Assembly: GCA_030390025.1 (NCBI GenBank)
Contig: CM059432.1
Location: 76,944,001-77,008,000, forward strand
From: Squalus acanthias
Taxonomy: Eukaryota
Reading direction: 5' to 3'
Length of the DNA stretch: 64,000 nucleotides
The notes beneath the pieces were generated by a model, which made no database searches, was not told the origin of the DNA, and was given only the letters and a program-made list of their open reading frames with translations. Numbering within the stretch: the first letter of the stretch is position 1; each line of letters opens with the position of its first letter. Below are positions 25,857-38,297 of the stretch, in pieces. The position numbers and the translations under genes are program-made.

Positions 25857-26379
25857 ATAGAGTCATAGAGTCATAACGGCACAGAAGGAGGCCATTCAGC
25901 CCATTGAGTCTGTGCCGGCTCTCTGTAGAGCAATCCAGTCAGTCCCATTCCCCGCTCTATCCCCGTAGTCCTGCAAGTTTATTTCCCTCAAGTGCCTATC
26001 CAGTCTCCCTTTGAAAACATTGAGTGTGTCCGCTTCCACCACTTCCGTCGGCAGCGAGTTCCAGGTCTTCACCACTCGCTGCGTATAAAAGTTTTTCCTC
26101 ATATCCCCCCTGTATCTCTTGCCCAAAACCTTAAATCTGTGTCCCCTAGTCCTTATACCATCAACTCGTGGGAACAGCCTTTCCCCGTCTAGCCTATCCA
26201 AACCTGTCATAATTTTGTACACCTCTATCAAATCACCTCTCAACCTCCTTTGCTCTAATGAAAACAAATCCAGCTTCTCCAACCTGTCCTTGTAGTAAGA
26301 TCCCCCATCCCCGGAATCATTCTGGTAAATCTCCTCTGCACCCTCTCAAGGGCCTTCACATCCTTCCTAAAGTGTGGCG
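25857..26379 (-). mobile_element. CR1 3' segment of the rearranged copy
   Basis: APHFRKDVKALERVQRRFT; ctatgact tail. Confidence 0.93.
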
Positions 26380-29300
26380 CTGTAAAGAGCGCGAGAGGAG
26401 CGGCGAGGGGAGCAGGGTCAGTGGCGCAGGAGTGGTGCAGCGTGGACCAGCAGCGGGGGCAGGGCCCAGGGAAGGTGCAGCACGGGCCAACAGCGAGGTC
26501 GGGAGGATCACACTGCATCCTATCAAACCCAGGCAGAGAGGACCTGCAGGAAGGAGGGAGGATGACAGTAGGAGTATGTTTGTGTGTGTGTGCTAGGCTG
26601 ATGTAGCAGAGCCTGGTAACCAATCGTCTTGGATCCCCTTGCCATTGGACCAAGACCTTGCTTTGTCAAGCCCGTATGGTAGCTGATGTGCAACGGCCAC
26701 CCCACGATAAAAGAATTCACGCACAGGCATCTTCCATCCTTTAAAATGAAGTTCGGGCCCAGGAACGTCAGGACCCTCATGGACAACCCCAACAGCAACA
26801 GACCAGAACGCCATACTGCTATCGTTGCCCAGGAGCTCAGACGTTTCGACATAGACATCGCCGCCCTAAGCGAGACCCAGCGGGCAGGGGAAGGCCAGCT
26901 CAAGGAGCAAGGCGGTGGTTACATCTTCTCTGGAAAGGCAAACTTGAAGAAGAACGCCGCCTCCATGGGGTAGGCTTCGCCATAAAAAATGAGCTAGTTG
27001 GACGTCTCAGAGACTCCACTTGCGGAATAAACGAACGCCTCATGACTCTTCGGCTCACCCTAGCCTGCAACCAGTGCGCTACGGTCATCAGTGTGTATGC
27101 CCCAACACTGGAAGCCACAGACGAGACCAGAGAGGAATTCTACTCCAGCCTCGAACAATCCCTATCCCGAGTCCCAACGGGCGACAAGCTGATCCTCCTT
27201 TGCGACTTTAACGCCAGAGTTGGAAAGGACACAGACCTCTGGGGAGGTGTGATCGGCAGAGAGGAGGTAGGGAAAGCCAACTCCAACGGCACCCTCCTCC
27301 TGACGAAATGCTTAGAACATTGCTTTGTCATAACCGACACCTTGTTCTGTCAGAGAGACAGAAGTACAAGGTTTCATGGCAACACCCTCGCTCCAAGCAC
27401 TGGCATCTGCTGGACTACATCTTCGTCCGAGCGAGGGACCACAAGGACGTCCGCATCACCCGTGCCATGACAGTAGCTGACGACTGCTGGACAGACTACC
27501 GCCTAATCCGCTCTGTCATCTCCACCAATGTAGCCCCAAAACAGCGGCGGCAGGAAAATCAACGCTGGAGCACTCAAAGACCCTGCTAAGAAAGCCCTAT
27601 TCAGCCTGCGCCTCACAACCAACCTGACGACTCCCAGTGATTCAGAGACACAGAGTGTCCACAGCGTCTGGTCTGCATTCAAGGCCTCCATAATCAGCAC
27701 CTGTGAAGAGACGCTCGGTCACTCGACCAGGAAACACCAAGACTGGCTTGATGAGAACGACCAGGAGATCCAGGAGCTAATAAGCTGCAAGCGCAAGGCA
27801 TTCCTGATCTGGAAACAGCAACAGAACTCGAGAGCAAGAAAGCAGCTCTACAGATGCCTGAAGGCCGAGGTCCAACAAAAAACTTGCGACCTAAAGAACA
27901 GATGGTGGGTGGAGAAAGTGCAGGAGATCCAGCAGCTAGCCGACAACCACGACGTGCGTGGATTCTTTAGCGCAGTCAAGACCACCTACGGCCCAAGCAT
28001 CCAAGGTCCTACCCCACTGCGGGCCAAGAACGGAGAGGTACTCATCAAGGACAGAGAGGCAGTCAGTGCCCGCTGGAAGGAACACTTCGAAGGTCTCCTT
28101 AACCGAGACTCTGCCTTCGACGCGAGTGTCCTCAACTCCGCTACCCGCCACCACCTCAGCACAACCCCAGCCCGGCATAAGGTTGAAAAGGCCATCCGAC
28201 AACTGAAGAACAACAAGGCCAAGATGGAATCCCCGCTGAGGCAGTAAAGCATGGCGGAAAAACACTATTGGCGCGAAAACATGAACTCGTTTCTCTTATT
28301 TGGAAGGAGGAGAGCATGCCAGGAGATCTCAGAGACGCCGTAATCATGACCATCTTCAAGAAAGGTGACAAGTCCAATTGTGGTAATTACAGAGGAGTCT
28401 CCCTGCTGTCTGCCACAGGGAACGTCATCGCAAGACTCCTCCTCAATCGCCTTCTCCCAGTGGCTGAAGAGCTCCTCCCAGAGTTGCAATGTGGATTCTG
28501 CCCACTAAGGGGCACAATGGACATGATCTTCACCACGCGTCAACTACAAGAGAAATGCAGGGAACAGCACCAACTGCTGTACATGGCCTTCTTTGACCTC
28601 ACAAAGGCCTTCGACACTGTCAACCATGAGGGATTATGGAGTGTCCTCCTCAAATTCGGCTGCCCTCAAAAGTTTGTCACCATCCTCCACCTGCTTCACG
28701 ACGGCATGCAAGCCGTGATCCTGACCAATGGATCCACCACAGACCCAATTCAAGTACGGACCGGGGTCAAGCAAGGCTGTGTCATCGCACCAACGCTCTT
28801 CTCGACCTTCCTTGCTGCAATGCTCCATCTCACCCTCAGTAAGCTCCCCGCTGGAGTGGAGCTAATCTACAGAACAAACGGGAAACTGTTCAACCTCCGT
28901 CGCCTCCAGTCCAAATCCAAGGTCGTCCCATCCTCTGTCGTCGAATTACAGTATGCAGACGATGCTTGCATCTGCGCTCACTCGGAGGTTGAACTCCAAA
29001 CCATCGTCAATACCTTCACCGAAGTGTACGAGAGCATGGGCCTTACACTAAACATCCGTAAGACAAAGGTCCTCTACCAACCTGCCCCAGCCACACAGTA
29101 CTGCCCTGATTATCAAAATCCACGACAAGGCCTTGGACAACGTGGACCACTTTCCATACCTCACGAGCCTACTGTCAACAAGGGCAGACGTCGATGACGA
29201 AGTCCAACACCGCTTTCGGTGTGCCAGTGCAGCCTTCGGTCGCCTGTGGAAGAGAGTGTTTGATGACCAGGACCTCAAACCCGGCACTAAGCTCATGGTC

Positions 29301-29933
29301 TACAGAGCAGCAGTGATACCCACCTTGCTGTATGCCTCAGAGACATGGACCATGTACAGCAGGCACCTCAAAGCACTGGAGAGGTAGCACCAACGCTGCC
29401 TCCACAAGATCCTGCAAATCCATTGGCAGGATAGGCGCACCAACGTCAGTGTTCTCGCTCAGGCCAACATCCCCAGCATCGAAGCTTTGACCACGCTCGA
29501 TCAACTCCGGTGGACGGGTCACATCGTCCACATGCCCGATACGAGACTCCCAAAACAAACGCTCTACTCGGAGCTCCGACACGGCAAGAGAGCCCCAGCT
29601 GGGCAGAGGAAATGCTTCAAGGACACCCTCAAAGCCTCCTTGAAAAAGTGCAACATCTCCACTGACACCTGGGAATCCCTGGCCCAAGACCGCACAAAGT
29701 GGAGGAGAAGCATCCGGGAAGGCGCAGAACACCCCGAGTCTCTTCGCCGGGAGGAAGCGGAAGCCAAGCGCAGGCAGCGCAAGGAGCGCACGTCAACCCA
29801 AGCACCCCACCCACCCGCCCCTTCAACCACCGTCTGCCCCATCCCGCATTGGACTCATCAGTCACCTGAGAACTCATTTTTAATGTGGAAGCAAGTCATC
29901 CTCGGTTCCAAGGGACTGCCTAAGAAGAAGAAG
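26380..29933 (+). mobile_element. RTE-clade LINE, near full length (5' UTR, APE, RT, (AAG)n tail), frameshifted
   Basis: MKFGPRNVRTL..DIAALSET, ISVYAPT, NYRGVSLLS, FFDLTKAFD, GVKQGCVIAP, LQYADD; taagaagaagaag tail. Confidence 0.95.
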
Positions 29934-30510
29934 GGATAACGAACTGGCTTAAGGACAGAAAACAGCGAGTTATGGTAAATGGCTGTTTTTTAGACTGGAG
30001 GATGGTAGACAGTGGTGTTCCCCAAGGGTCAGTGCTGGGGCCACTGCCTTTCTTTGATATATATAAATGACTTGGATATTGGAATACAGCGTAGAATTTC
30101 TAAATTTACCGATGACACCAATCTTGGAGGTACGGCAAACAGTGAGGATGATACCAATCGACTGCAACAGGACATAGAAAGGCTAGCAGAATATGCAGAC
30201 AAGTGGCAGATGGAATTTAATAGAGAAGTGTGAGGTGATGCATTTTGGCAGAAGGAACAGGGAGAGGCAATATACACTTAATGGCACAGTTTTAAAGAGT
30301 GTGCAGGGACAGAGGGACCTGGGAGTTAATGTGCATAGGTCCCTGAAGGTGGCGGGACATATTGAGAGAGTGGTTAGCAAAGCATATGGGATCTTGGGCC
30401 TCATAAATAGAGGTATTGAGTACAAAAGTAGAGAAGTTGTGCTGAACCTTTATAAAGCGCTGGTTAGGCCACAACTGGAGTATTGCGTCCAGTTCTAGTC
30501 ACCACACTTT
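29934..30510 (+). mobile_element. Inverted middle segment of the minus-strand CR1
   Basis: Starts ITNWLKDRKQRV and ends LEYCVQF*SPHF; fits between the flanking minus-strand pieces. Confidence 0.9.
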
Positions 30511-30929
30511 CTTCTCTTCTTAGGCAGTCCCTCAGAACCGAGGATGACTTGATTCCACACTAACTGGTGACTGATGAGTCCAATGCGGGACCTACAGTCT
30601 CTGCCACAGGTGAGGCAGACGGTGGTTGAAGGGGCGGGTGGGTGGGGTGCTTGGGTTGACGTGCGCTCCTTCCGCCATTTGCGCTTGGCTTCCACTTGCT
30701 CCCGGCGAAGAGACTTGAGGTGTTCTGCATACTGTAATTCGACGACAGAGGATGGGACGACCTTGGATCTGGGCTGGAGGCGACGGAGGTTGAACAGTTT
30801 CCCGTTTGTTCTGTAAATTAGTTCCACTCCAGCAGGGAGCTTATTGAGGGTGAGATGGAGCATTGCAGCAAGGAAGATCGAGAAGAGTGTTGGTGTGATG
30901 ACACAGCCTTGCTTGACTCCAGTCCGTAC
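30511..30929 (-). mobile_element. 5'-truncated, internally deleted RTE copy
   Basis: RTGVKQGCVITP..LQYAE|HLKSLRR (join at GCAGA microhomology); aagaagagaag tail. Confidence 0.92.
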
Positions 30930-32670
30930 ATCATCCAAGCTGCCACTGACCCACCTATTCCATGAGCCTCAATTTTGTTAACTAGCCTTCTATGTGGTAC
31001 TTTGTCAAAAGCCTTCCGAAAATCCATGTAGACAACATCCATTGCATTCCCTTCATCAATCCTTCTGTTACTTCATCAAAAAATTCAATTAGATTAGTCA
31101 AACACGATCTGCCTTTTACAAATCCGTGTTGGCTCTCCTTAACTAGCTTAAACCTCTCCAAGTGCCCGTTAATTTTTTCCTTGATTATTGTTTCTAAAAC
31201 TTTACCCACCACTGATGTTAAACTGACCGGCCTGTAAAGAAAGACTTGCATTTATATAGCGCCTTTCACGACCCCCGGATGTCTCAAAGCGCTTTACAGT
31301 CAATGAAGTACTTTTGAAGTGGAGTCACTGTTGTAATGTGGGAAATGCGGCAGCCAATTTGCACACAGCAAGGTCCCACAAACAGCAATCTGATAATGAC
31401 CAGATAATCTGTTTTTGTTATGTTGGTTGAGGGATAAATATTGGCCAGGACACCGGGGATAACTCCCCTGCTCTTCTTCGAAATAGTGCCATGGGATCTT
31501 TTACATCCACCTGAGAGAGCAGACGGGGCCTCGGTTTAATGTCTCATCGGAAAGACGGCACCTCCGACAGTGCAGCACTCCCTCAGCACTGCACTGGAGT
31601 GTCAGCCTAGCTTTATGTGCTCAAGTCCCTGGACTGGGACTTGAACCCACAACCTTCTGACTCAGAGGCAAGTGTGCTACCAACTGAGCCACAGCTATAG
31701 TTACTAGGATTGTCCTTACACCCTTTCTTGAACAATGGTGTCACATTTGCCACTTTCCAATCCTCAGGCACCTCCCCCGCATTTAGGAAAGATTGGAAAA
31801 TTATGGCAAGCTCTTCCACTATCTCCTTCCCCAATTCCCTTAGCAACCTGGGATGCAAACCATCTGGACTGGGCGACTTGTCCACTCTAAGCATACCCAG
31901 CCTTTCTAGTACATCCTGTCTATCAATTTTCACCCCTTCCATTGCTTCTACCTTTTCCACTTCTACCGATATTTTGTCAGCATCCACCTCCTTAGTAAAC
32001 ACCGATACAAAGTACACATTGAGTATTCTAGCCTTGCCCTGCGCCTCTAAGCATAGATCACCTTCTTTGTCCCTAATAGGCCCCACCCTGCCTCTTACTA
32101 CCCGCTTACTGTTTAGATGCCGGTAGAAGATTTTGGGGTTCCCTTTTATGTTAACCGCCATTCTACTCTCATATTCTCTCTTTGCCAATCTTATTTTCAT
32201 CTTCACTTCCCCTCTCAACTTATTGTATTTGGTCTGGTTCTCCCTTGAAGAATTCACCTGACATTCATCATACACCCTCTATTTTTGTTTCATCATCTTC
32301 TCTATCTCCCTCATCATCCAAGGAGCCCATGCTTTGGTTCCCTTACCCTTCCCTCGTGTTGGAATGTACCTAGCCTGTACTTGGAACATCTCCTCCTTAA
32401 AGATCACCCATTGTTCCGTTACAGTTTTGCCTGTCAGTCTTTGGTTCCATTTTAACCTGGCTAGATCCTTTCACATCCCATTGAAGTTAGCCCTATTCCA
32501 GTTTAGAAGTTCCACTCTAGATTGTTCCTTTCTCCTCTCCATTGCTAATCTAAATGTTATGATACGATGATCACTCGTACTCAAGTGTTCTCCCACAGAC
32601 ACTTGGTCTACCTGGCCCACCTCATTCCCCAGCACCAGATCCAGCAATGCCTCCTTCCTCGTTGGGCCAA
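30929..32670 (-). mobile_element. CR1 5' segment of the rearranged copy
   Basis: LLDLVLGNE, KSPSPDGLHPR, YRPVSLTS, ..IEAHGIGGSVAAW. Confidence 0.93.
31237..31695 (-). mobile_element. Intact tRNA-derived Deu-domain SINE (SacSINE1-like) with L2-type tail
   Basis: A box TGGCTCAGTTGG, B box GGTTCAAGTCC, core aaaccgaggccccgtctg..gatgtaaaagatcccatggcactatttcgaagaagagcagggg, tail ggcgctatataaatgcaagtctttcttt. Confidence 0.9.
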
Positions 32671-33680
32671 GAACATTGATGAAGCAGCTGAAGATGGTTG
32701 GACCTAGGACACTGCCCTGAGGAACTCCTGCAGTGATGTCCTGGGGCTGTGATGATTGACCTTCAATCACTACAACCATCTTCCTTTGTGCTAGGTATGA
32801 CTCCAGCCAGTGGAGCGTTTTCCCCCCTGATTCCCATTGACTTCAGTTTTACTAGGGCTCCTTGAAGCCACACTCGGTCGAGGAGGAACTACTTCACTCA
32901 GAGGGTGGTAGGTCCATGGAATATGCTGCCACAAAAAGCTGTAGAAGCTACATCATTAAATAAATTTAAAACAGAAATAGACAGTTTCCTAGAAGTAAAG
33001 GGCATTAAGGGTTACGGGGAGCGGGCAGGAATTTGGACATGAGTCTAGGTTCGGATCGGTCATGGCCCTGTGGGTAGTGGAGCGGGCCCAGGGACCGTGT
33101 AGCCGGATTCTGCTCCTATTTCATGTGTGCAATTCTGTTAGATGCAGGAGATGGTTCTGTGATAGATAGTAGATTGGCGGTTAGGATCAGATCAGCCATG
33201 ATCTTATTGAATGGCGGAGCAGGCTCGAGGGGCCGATTGGCCTACTCCTGCTCCTATTTCTTATGTTCTTATGTTCTTATGTTCTTATGAATGCTGCCTT
33301 GATGTCAAGGGTAGTCACTCTCACCTCACCTCTGGAATTCAGCTCCTTTGTCCATGTTTGGGCCAAGGCTTTAATGAGGTCGGGAGCCGAGTGGTCTTGG
33401 CAGAACCCAAACTAGGCATCAGTGAGCAGGTTATTGGTGAGTAAGTGCCGCTTGATAGCACTGTCGATGACAGCTTCCATCACTTTGCTGATGATTGAGA
33501 GTAGACTGTTGGGGCGGTAATTGGCTGGGTTGGATTTGTCCTGCTTTTTGTGGACAGGACATACCTGGGCAATTTTCCACATTGTCGGATAGATGCCAGT
33601 GTTGTAGCTGTACTGGAACAGCTTGGCTAGAGGCGCAGCTAGTTCTGGAGCACAAGTCTTCAGCACGATAGCCGGGATAG
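32671..33680 (-). mobile_element. LINE RT fragment, same family as 15535-16962
   Basis: [42 protein letters not shown]. Confidence 0.9.
32881..33288 (+). mobile_element. CR1 3' fragment inserted in the LINE
   Basis: RNYFTQRVV..WN.LP; (ttcttatg)n tail. Confidence 0.88.
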
Positions 33681-33713
33681 TATTTGTATTGCATTGCATA
33701 TTGGAAAAATATT

Positions 33714-34080
33714 GGACCAGAAATTGCTGCAATGGTTTGGCGGCGAATGACATTAATTGAACTTTTTACTTCACCATTCACATCGCATTATATTTGCACC
33801 GCAAATTACTAGAACGTCGATCTGATAACAGCGTAGCGATATCAACGTCGCATCTGGGGCCTCGTGAACATTGTGCCAATGGTTTATCTCCCTAACCAAT
33901 GAAAGAAAAGGAGAAAAAAAAAACAAGAGACAGAGAAGGAAATAGGGTGAATTAGAGTCAAATGAAATATAGAGGCAGAAAGAGGTATAAAGAGAGGGAA
34001 TGAAAAGGAGTGGTATAAGAGAGAGAGAAAAAAGAGACAGAAAGCAACAGTAAGAATAAAATGAAAAAAAAACAAGCAGA
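33714..34080 (+). mobile_element. Truncated copy of the 44645-45374 TIR family
   Basis: ggaccagaaattgctg start; gcatctggg..gtgaaca..taaccaat..gggtgaatt shared. Confidence 0.6.
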
Positions 34081-34774
34081 AAAAAGGACTTAGTAACCCA
34101 GTTGTGTTTGGGAATTGTTGTATTGGTCCTTGAGAAGTTAATGGGTGAATGGCAGAGTAGATATGAGAAATGTACAAGCATTCTCCACCCATGAAGTATA
34201 GAACCAGTGGCCCCATCCATAATGATCAGGAACAGTGGAACACCCAGTGGGTACATCATTGCACTGCTCTCATAGGAACATAGGAATTGCTGGACAAAAA
34301 AAGACCAAGGTCTATCTAGTTCACCTTCCACTATCCTGGTATTTGCATGATACTGTGGTAATGGAGTTGTTAACTAATCAAAGCAATCAATCGCTATCAA
34401 TTAGTCTACAACAGACTCAGAAATGACACAAGGGAAAACCCCAGTGGTGGAGAGCTTTGGGAACCAAGGCCTAGAAATTTGGTTGCGTAGCGCCCACTGT
34501 TTTGGCACTATGGATGGCGAATTTGGACCAAAATGGCATCTGAGCAGCGCGCACACTCTTCTGGTGCGGGCCACACCAGACGCCACCTTGGTGAGGGCGG
34601 TAGGGCGGCCGTTAGGAACATGCGCTAGAAGTACAGTAAATAGGCAGATCGTGACTTCATGCTGATTTGACGCCAGCACTGCCATTTTCGTCGTCATTGC
34701 TGGAGCTAACACCCTCTCTTAACCTCGCACAGCTGAACATGCATTCAGCAGCAGGAAGGACCCCCCACCAGTGC

Positions 34775-34956
34775 TATTTAAAGGGATCATCATCATCACC
34801 AACTTTCAGGTAACTTGATTTTTGATTTCTACTGGCTCTGTGTAAGTTTGTGGAACTGTTTGGAGCTTTCTAGAGTTATTTAAAGTTGGTGAGGTGACAG
34901 GGAGTGGTGCTGCAAGTGGAGAAGGCCTTGCTTCTGACTTCAAGGGTTCTGCTCAG
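34775..34956 (+). promoter_or_regulatory. Putative transposase TATA-like box and 5' UTR intron
   Basis: TATTTAAA 34775-34782, donor cag|gtaact 34809/10, acceptor ctcag 34956; TATA-like box and donor also present in copy A (12094-12101, 12073). Confidence 0.55.
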
Positions 34957-34973
34957 ACCACTTGCTCCCAGTC

Positions 34974-36057
34974 ATGGGTGCTGTAGTTGTCATCCCCCTT
35001 GGCCTGCAGCATGACAGGGAGATGGAGCAGAGGCAGCAAAGCAGAGGACAAGCTGCTCGCAGAGGGAGGAGGAGGTGGAGAAGAGCTCTCAGCAGGCGGC
35101 CTGACCCACCTAGGGTCTTCCAAGAGCAATTCCCTTACCTCCACCTGAGCCAGGAGCAGTGTGTGAGGCGTCTGCGCTTTACGAAGGAGGTGCTCACGGA
35201 ACTTTGCAACCACACCTGCAGCCTCACTCCAGAGCAAGGACAGCGCTGCCAGTGGCTGTGAAGGCGACCATGGCCCTGAATTTCTTTGCGTCGGGATCCT
35301 TCCAGGCTTGAGCAGGCAACATCTATAACATTTCCCAGTTCGCTGTCCACTGCTGCATTAGAGAGGTGACAGACACTCTTTATGCCAGGAGAGGGGACTT
35401 CATTGTCTTCTCTCTGAGCAGAGAGAAGCAGACAGAGCATGCACGTGGCTTTGCCAGGATAGTGGACTTCCCCACGGTGTAGGGTGCCATCGACTGTATA
35501 CACGTGGCTTTGCGGGCACCTTATATAAATGCTGAGATGTACCGCAACCACAAAGGCTACCACTCGCTGAATGTGCAGTTGGTGTGCAACCATGCTGAGC
35601 ACATCATGATGGTGAATGCCCAGTATCCTGGCAGCAGTCATGATGCTTTTATTCTGCCAGTTCCCTCAGTTTTTGAGCCACCAAGACAAACCAGTGGGTG
35701 GCTACTGGGTGAAATGGCTATCCCTTGATCACCTGGCTCATGACTCCGCTCCGCCACCCAAGCACACGTGGGCAGCATGTATACAATGAGAGCCATGCTG
35801 TCACACGAAACATCATAGAGCAAACCATTGAGGTGCTCAAGCAACAGTTCCGCTGCCTGGACCGCGTTGGAGGAGCCCTACAGTATTCACAGGACCATGT
35901 GTCCCGATTCGTTGTGGTCTGCTGCATCCTCCTCAACCTGGCCATCATGAGGGCACAGCCATTGCCACCAGGGATACGTTCACGAGCTCAGGAGCAGGAG
36001 GAGGAGCAGGAAAAGGAGGAGGAGGAGGAAGAGAAGGAAAGGAAGAGGAGGAAATGA
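34974..36057 (+). pseudogene. Harbinger DDE transposase (HARBI1-like), frameshifted
   Basis: GAIDCIHVALRAP, YRNHKGYHSLNVQLVC, YPGSSHDAFIL, TRNIIEQTIEVLKQQFRCL, acidic tail. Confidence 0.93.
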
Positions 36058-36194
36058 AACAGGAGGAGGTGGAAGCAGAAGGAAGGAAACAACCCAGACA
36101 CCCTTTCTGGCCGGGATATGCGGTAGTGAATCATCCGCCTGCATTACAAGTGAACGCAACCCCAATTCCCCATTCAACATTAGTTCCACACCTT

Positions 36195-36270
36195 CACAGA
36201 ATCACAGAAATTTAGAATCATAGAAATTTACGGCACAGAAGGAGGCCAGTCGGACCATCGTGTCCGTGCC
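36195..36270 (-). mobile_element. Ultra-short CR1 tail insertion
   Basis: ggcctccttctgtgccgtaaatttctatgattcta on the minus strand; CCTTC on both flanks. Confidence 0.65.
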
Positions 36271-36399
36271 TTCCCTCTGTTACTGACCATCACAGCGTCC
36301 TCTTGGCCACAATGCTGAAATAAAAGCCACCACAAAGCAAACATTCCAATCAAACTTTATACATCTATCCATCCAATATTACATTAAAAAATCAACTAA

Positions 36400-38297
36400 T
36401 CACCCTTGTGCATTCCCTTAGTGACTGTCTGGCATGTGCCTTTGCCTATCCTAGTGCTCCTACACAGTGCTACCCCAATGGCTGCAGCAAGGCTGGCTGC
36501 TGACTTTCAGTTTGGGAGACTGTAGATGGCTTTGCAGGATGACCTTGAGGAGCTCTAGGCCTATAGGCCCAGCTTTGGACTGCACCACCTCAGCATAGGC
36601 GGCACCAGTCTGAGCTGTCTGATTGACAGGCAACAGCAAAGGCAATGACGGAGTGGCACTGGTGGGAGGACGAATGCTGTTATCCTGAGAGAGGACAGCA
36701 GGTTCGTCCTCCATGGATCCATTGCCACTCCCCCAGGGCCAGCGCCTCAGCAATCTTAGTAATCTGCTGGAGTACAGACTGCTGGACTGCTGTGACACCC
36801 TGCAAGCCCCTTTCAACACTAGTAAACCCAGCCATGATGGCAGCAGTCTGTGCTTGCATGACTTCAGTCTGAGCTTCCACTGCAGCACTCAGACGTTGGG
36901 TGGCTTCTGCTTGTGCTACAATGGAAGTTGAGACTTCAGCCATCAGATGCAGCATGATGGTTGCATTACAAGTGCATTAATGGATCTGTTCAGCCCTTCC
37001 ATCCTGGAAAGGATGGGCTCCAAGCTCTGCCCTAAGTCCTGTGCAAGGCTGGTGCTGGACTCCTCCATGCTCCTTGACATTGCACTCAGGCTTTCTGGCA
37101 GGCCTGCCAATGTACCAATCATGTCATTGTGCATACCCATCAGTTTTCTTCTGTAGGCCGCCCCATCGAGGTCTTCAGCTGAGTCCTTTGTAGCAGAACT
37201 CATGTGTAACCTCGCCCTCTGGGGAGTTGGCACCTGAGCTACCCTATCCCCCTGCCCTGGCTGCAGGCCACTCGTGCCCGGTGACTCACCATGTGCAGAT
37301 CCCGGGTCTAACCTATCCTCTAAAGTATGCGGAGTGTCAGTATCTGAGCTGGTGGCTGCGAGTGTGTAATCGAGTGACGGTGTTTCTTCTTCTTCTTCTT
37401 CACTCTTCTTTCCCTCTTCTTTGTCAATCATGGGCTGGGCAGGCTGGATTTCTTGGATCTCTGAAATGAGAAAGTTACAAGGGTTAGGTTGTGGTGAGGA
37501 GAGGGGAGAAAGCAAGAGTTGCTTGTTTACACCATGTGCAGCTTATAAATCAGAAGAGATTGTGGGATGAGGGGGAAGTGGGATGTGAGAAGGAGGATAA
37601 CGCATGAGGATACTGGCATCTTGTGTTCTTTCAGCCCCGCCAGTGGGCAAGGGCTCAGCCATGCTCCTGCCAAGAATGGCCAGCACCGTCTCCTCCAAGG
37701 GGGTGAGGTGATGCAGGCGAGTCTGTCCCTGCCGGTTCAGGTCTGCTGGCGCCAGTTATGCGCCACCTTTTCCTGCAAGAGAAAGGGAAGTGTGTCAGTG
37801 AGTGTGGTGCAATGTGTTTGGGTGATGTGCCTGTCATGGTTGAATAGTTGACAGTGTGTTCAAGCTGTGAGATGTGGGTGTGAGGCTTGTAGCAATGGTA
37901 AGAGTGTGTGATTGAGGTGAAGCTATGAATGTGAGGTGTGAGTCATGTTTGGTAGAGATTGTTGGTAGGTGAGTGATAGGGGCGTGGTGCTTTGTGCAGT
38001 GTGTGAGGCTAGTGGCGCAGATGGTGGGATATGGCATTTGAAGATGAATTCACTGACCTTAACCACTCGTGTGAGGTCATTAAACTTCTTCCTGCACTGA
38101 GTCTAGGTCCTCGCATTTATACTGCTGGCATTAGCCACTTTGGCTATCTGCTCCCACTGTAGTCTTCTCTGTTGCCTGGTGAGCCTCCAGGCCCCCTGGG
38201 AAAGAGGACCTCTCTCCTGGAGTTAGCTTCCTGGACCAAGGCCTCTAATGCTGCATTCAAGAAACTAGGTGCACGCTCACTCCCCTGTTTAGCCATC
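36400..38297 (-). pseudogene. Harbinger Myb/SANT-like partner gene (exons ~38297-38058, 37772-37614, from 37460)
   Basis: MAKQGSERAPSFLNAALEALVQE..QCRKKFNDLTRVVK|gtcagt; cttgcag| and tttcag| acceptors; coiled-coil-like LSAAVEAQTEVMQAQT. Confidence 0.85.

Noticed and set aside
31620..31695. tRNA gene
   Set aside because: It is a SINE head continuing into the Deu core and tail
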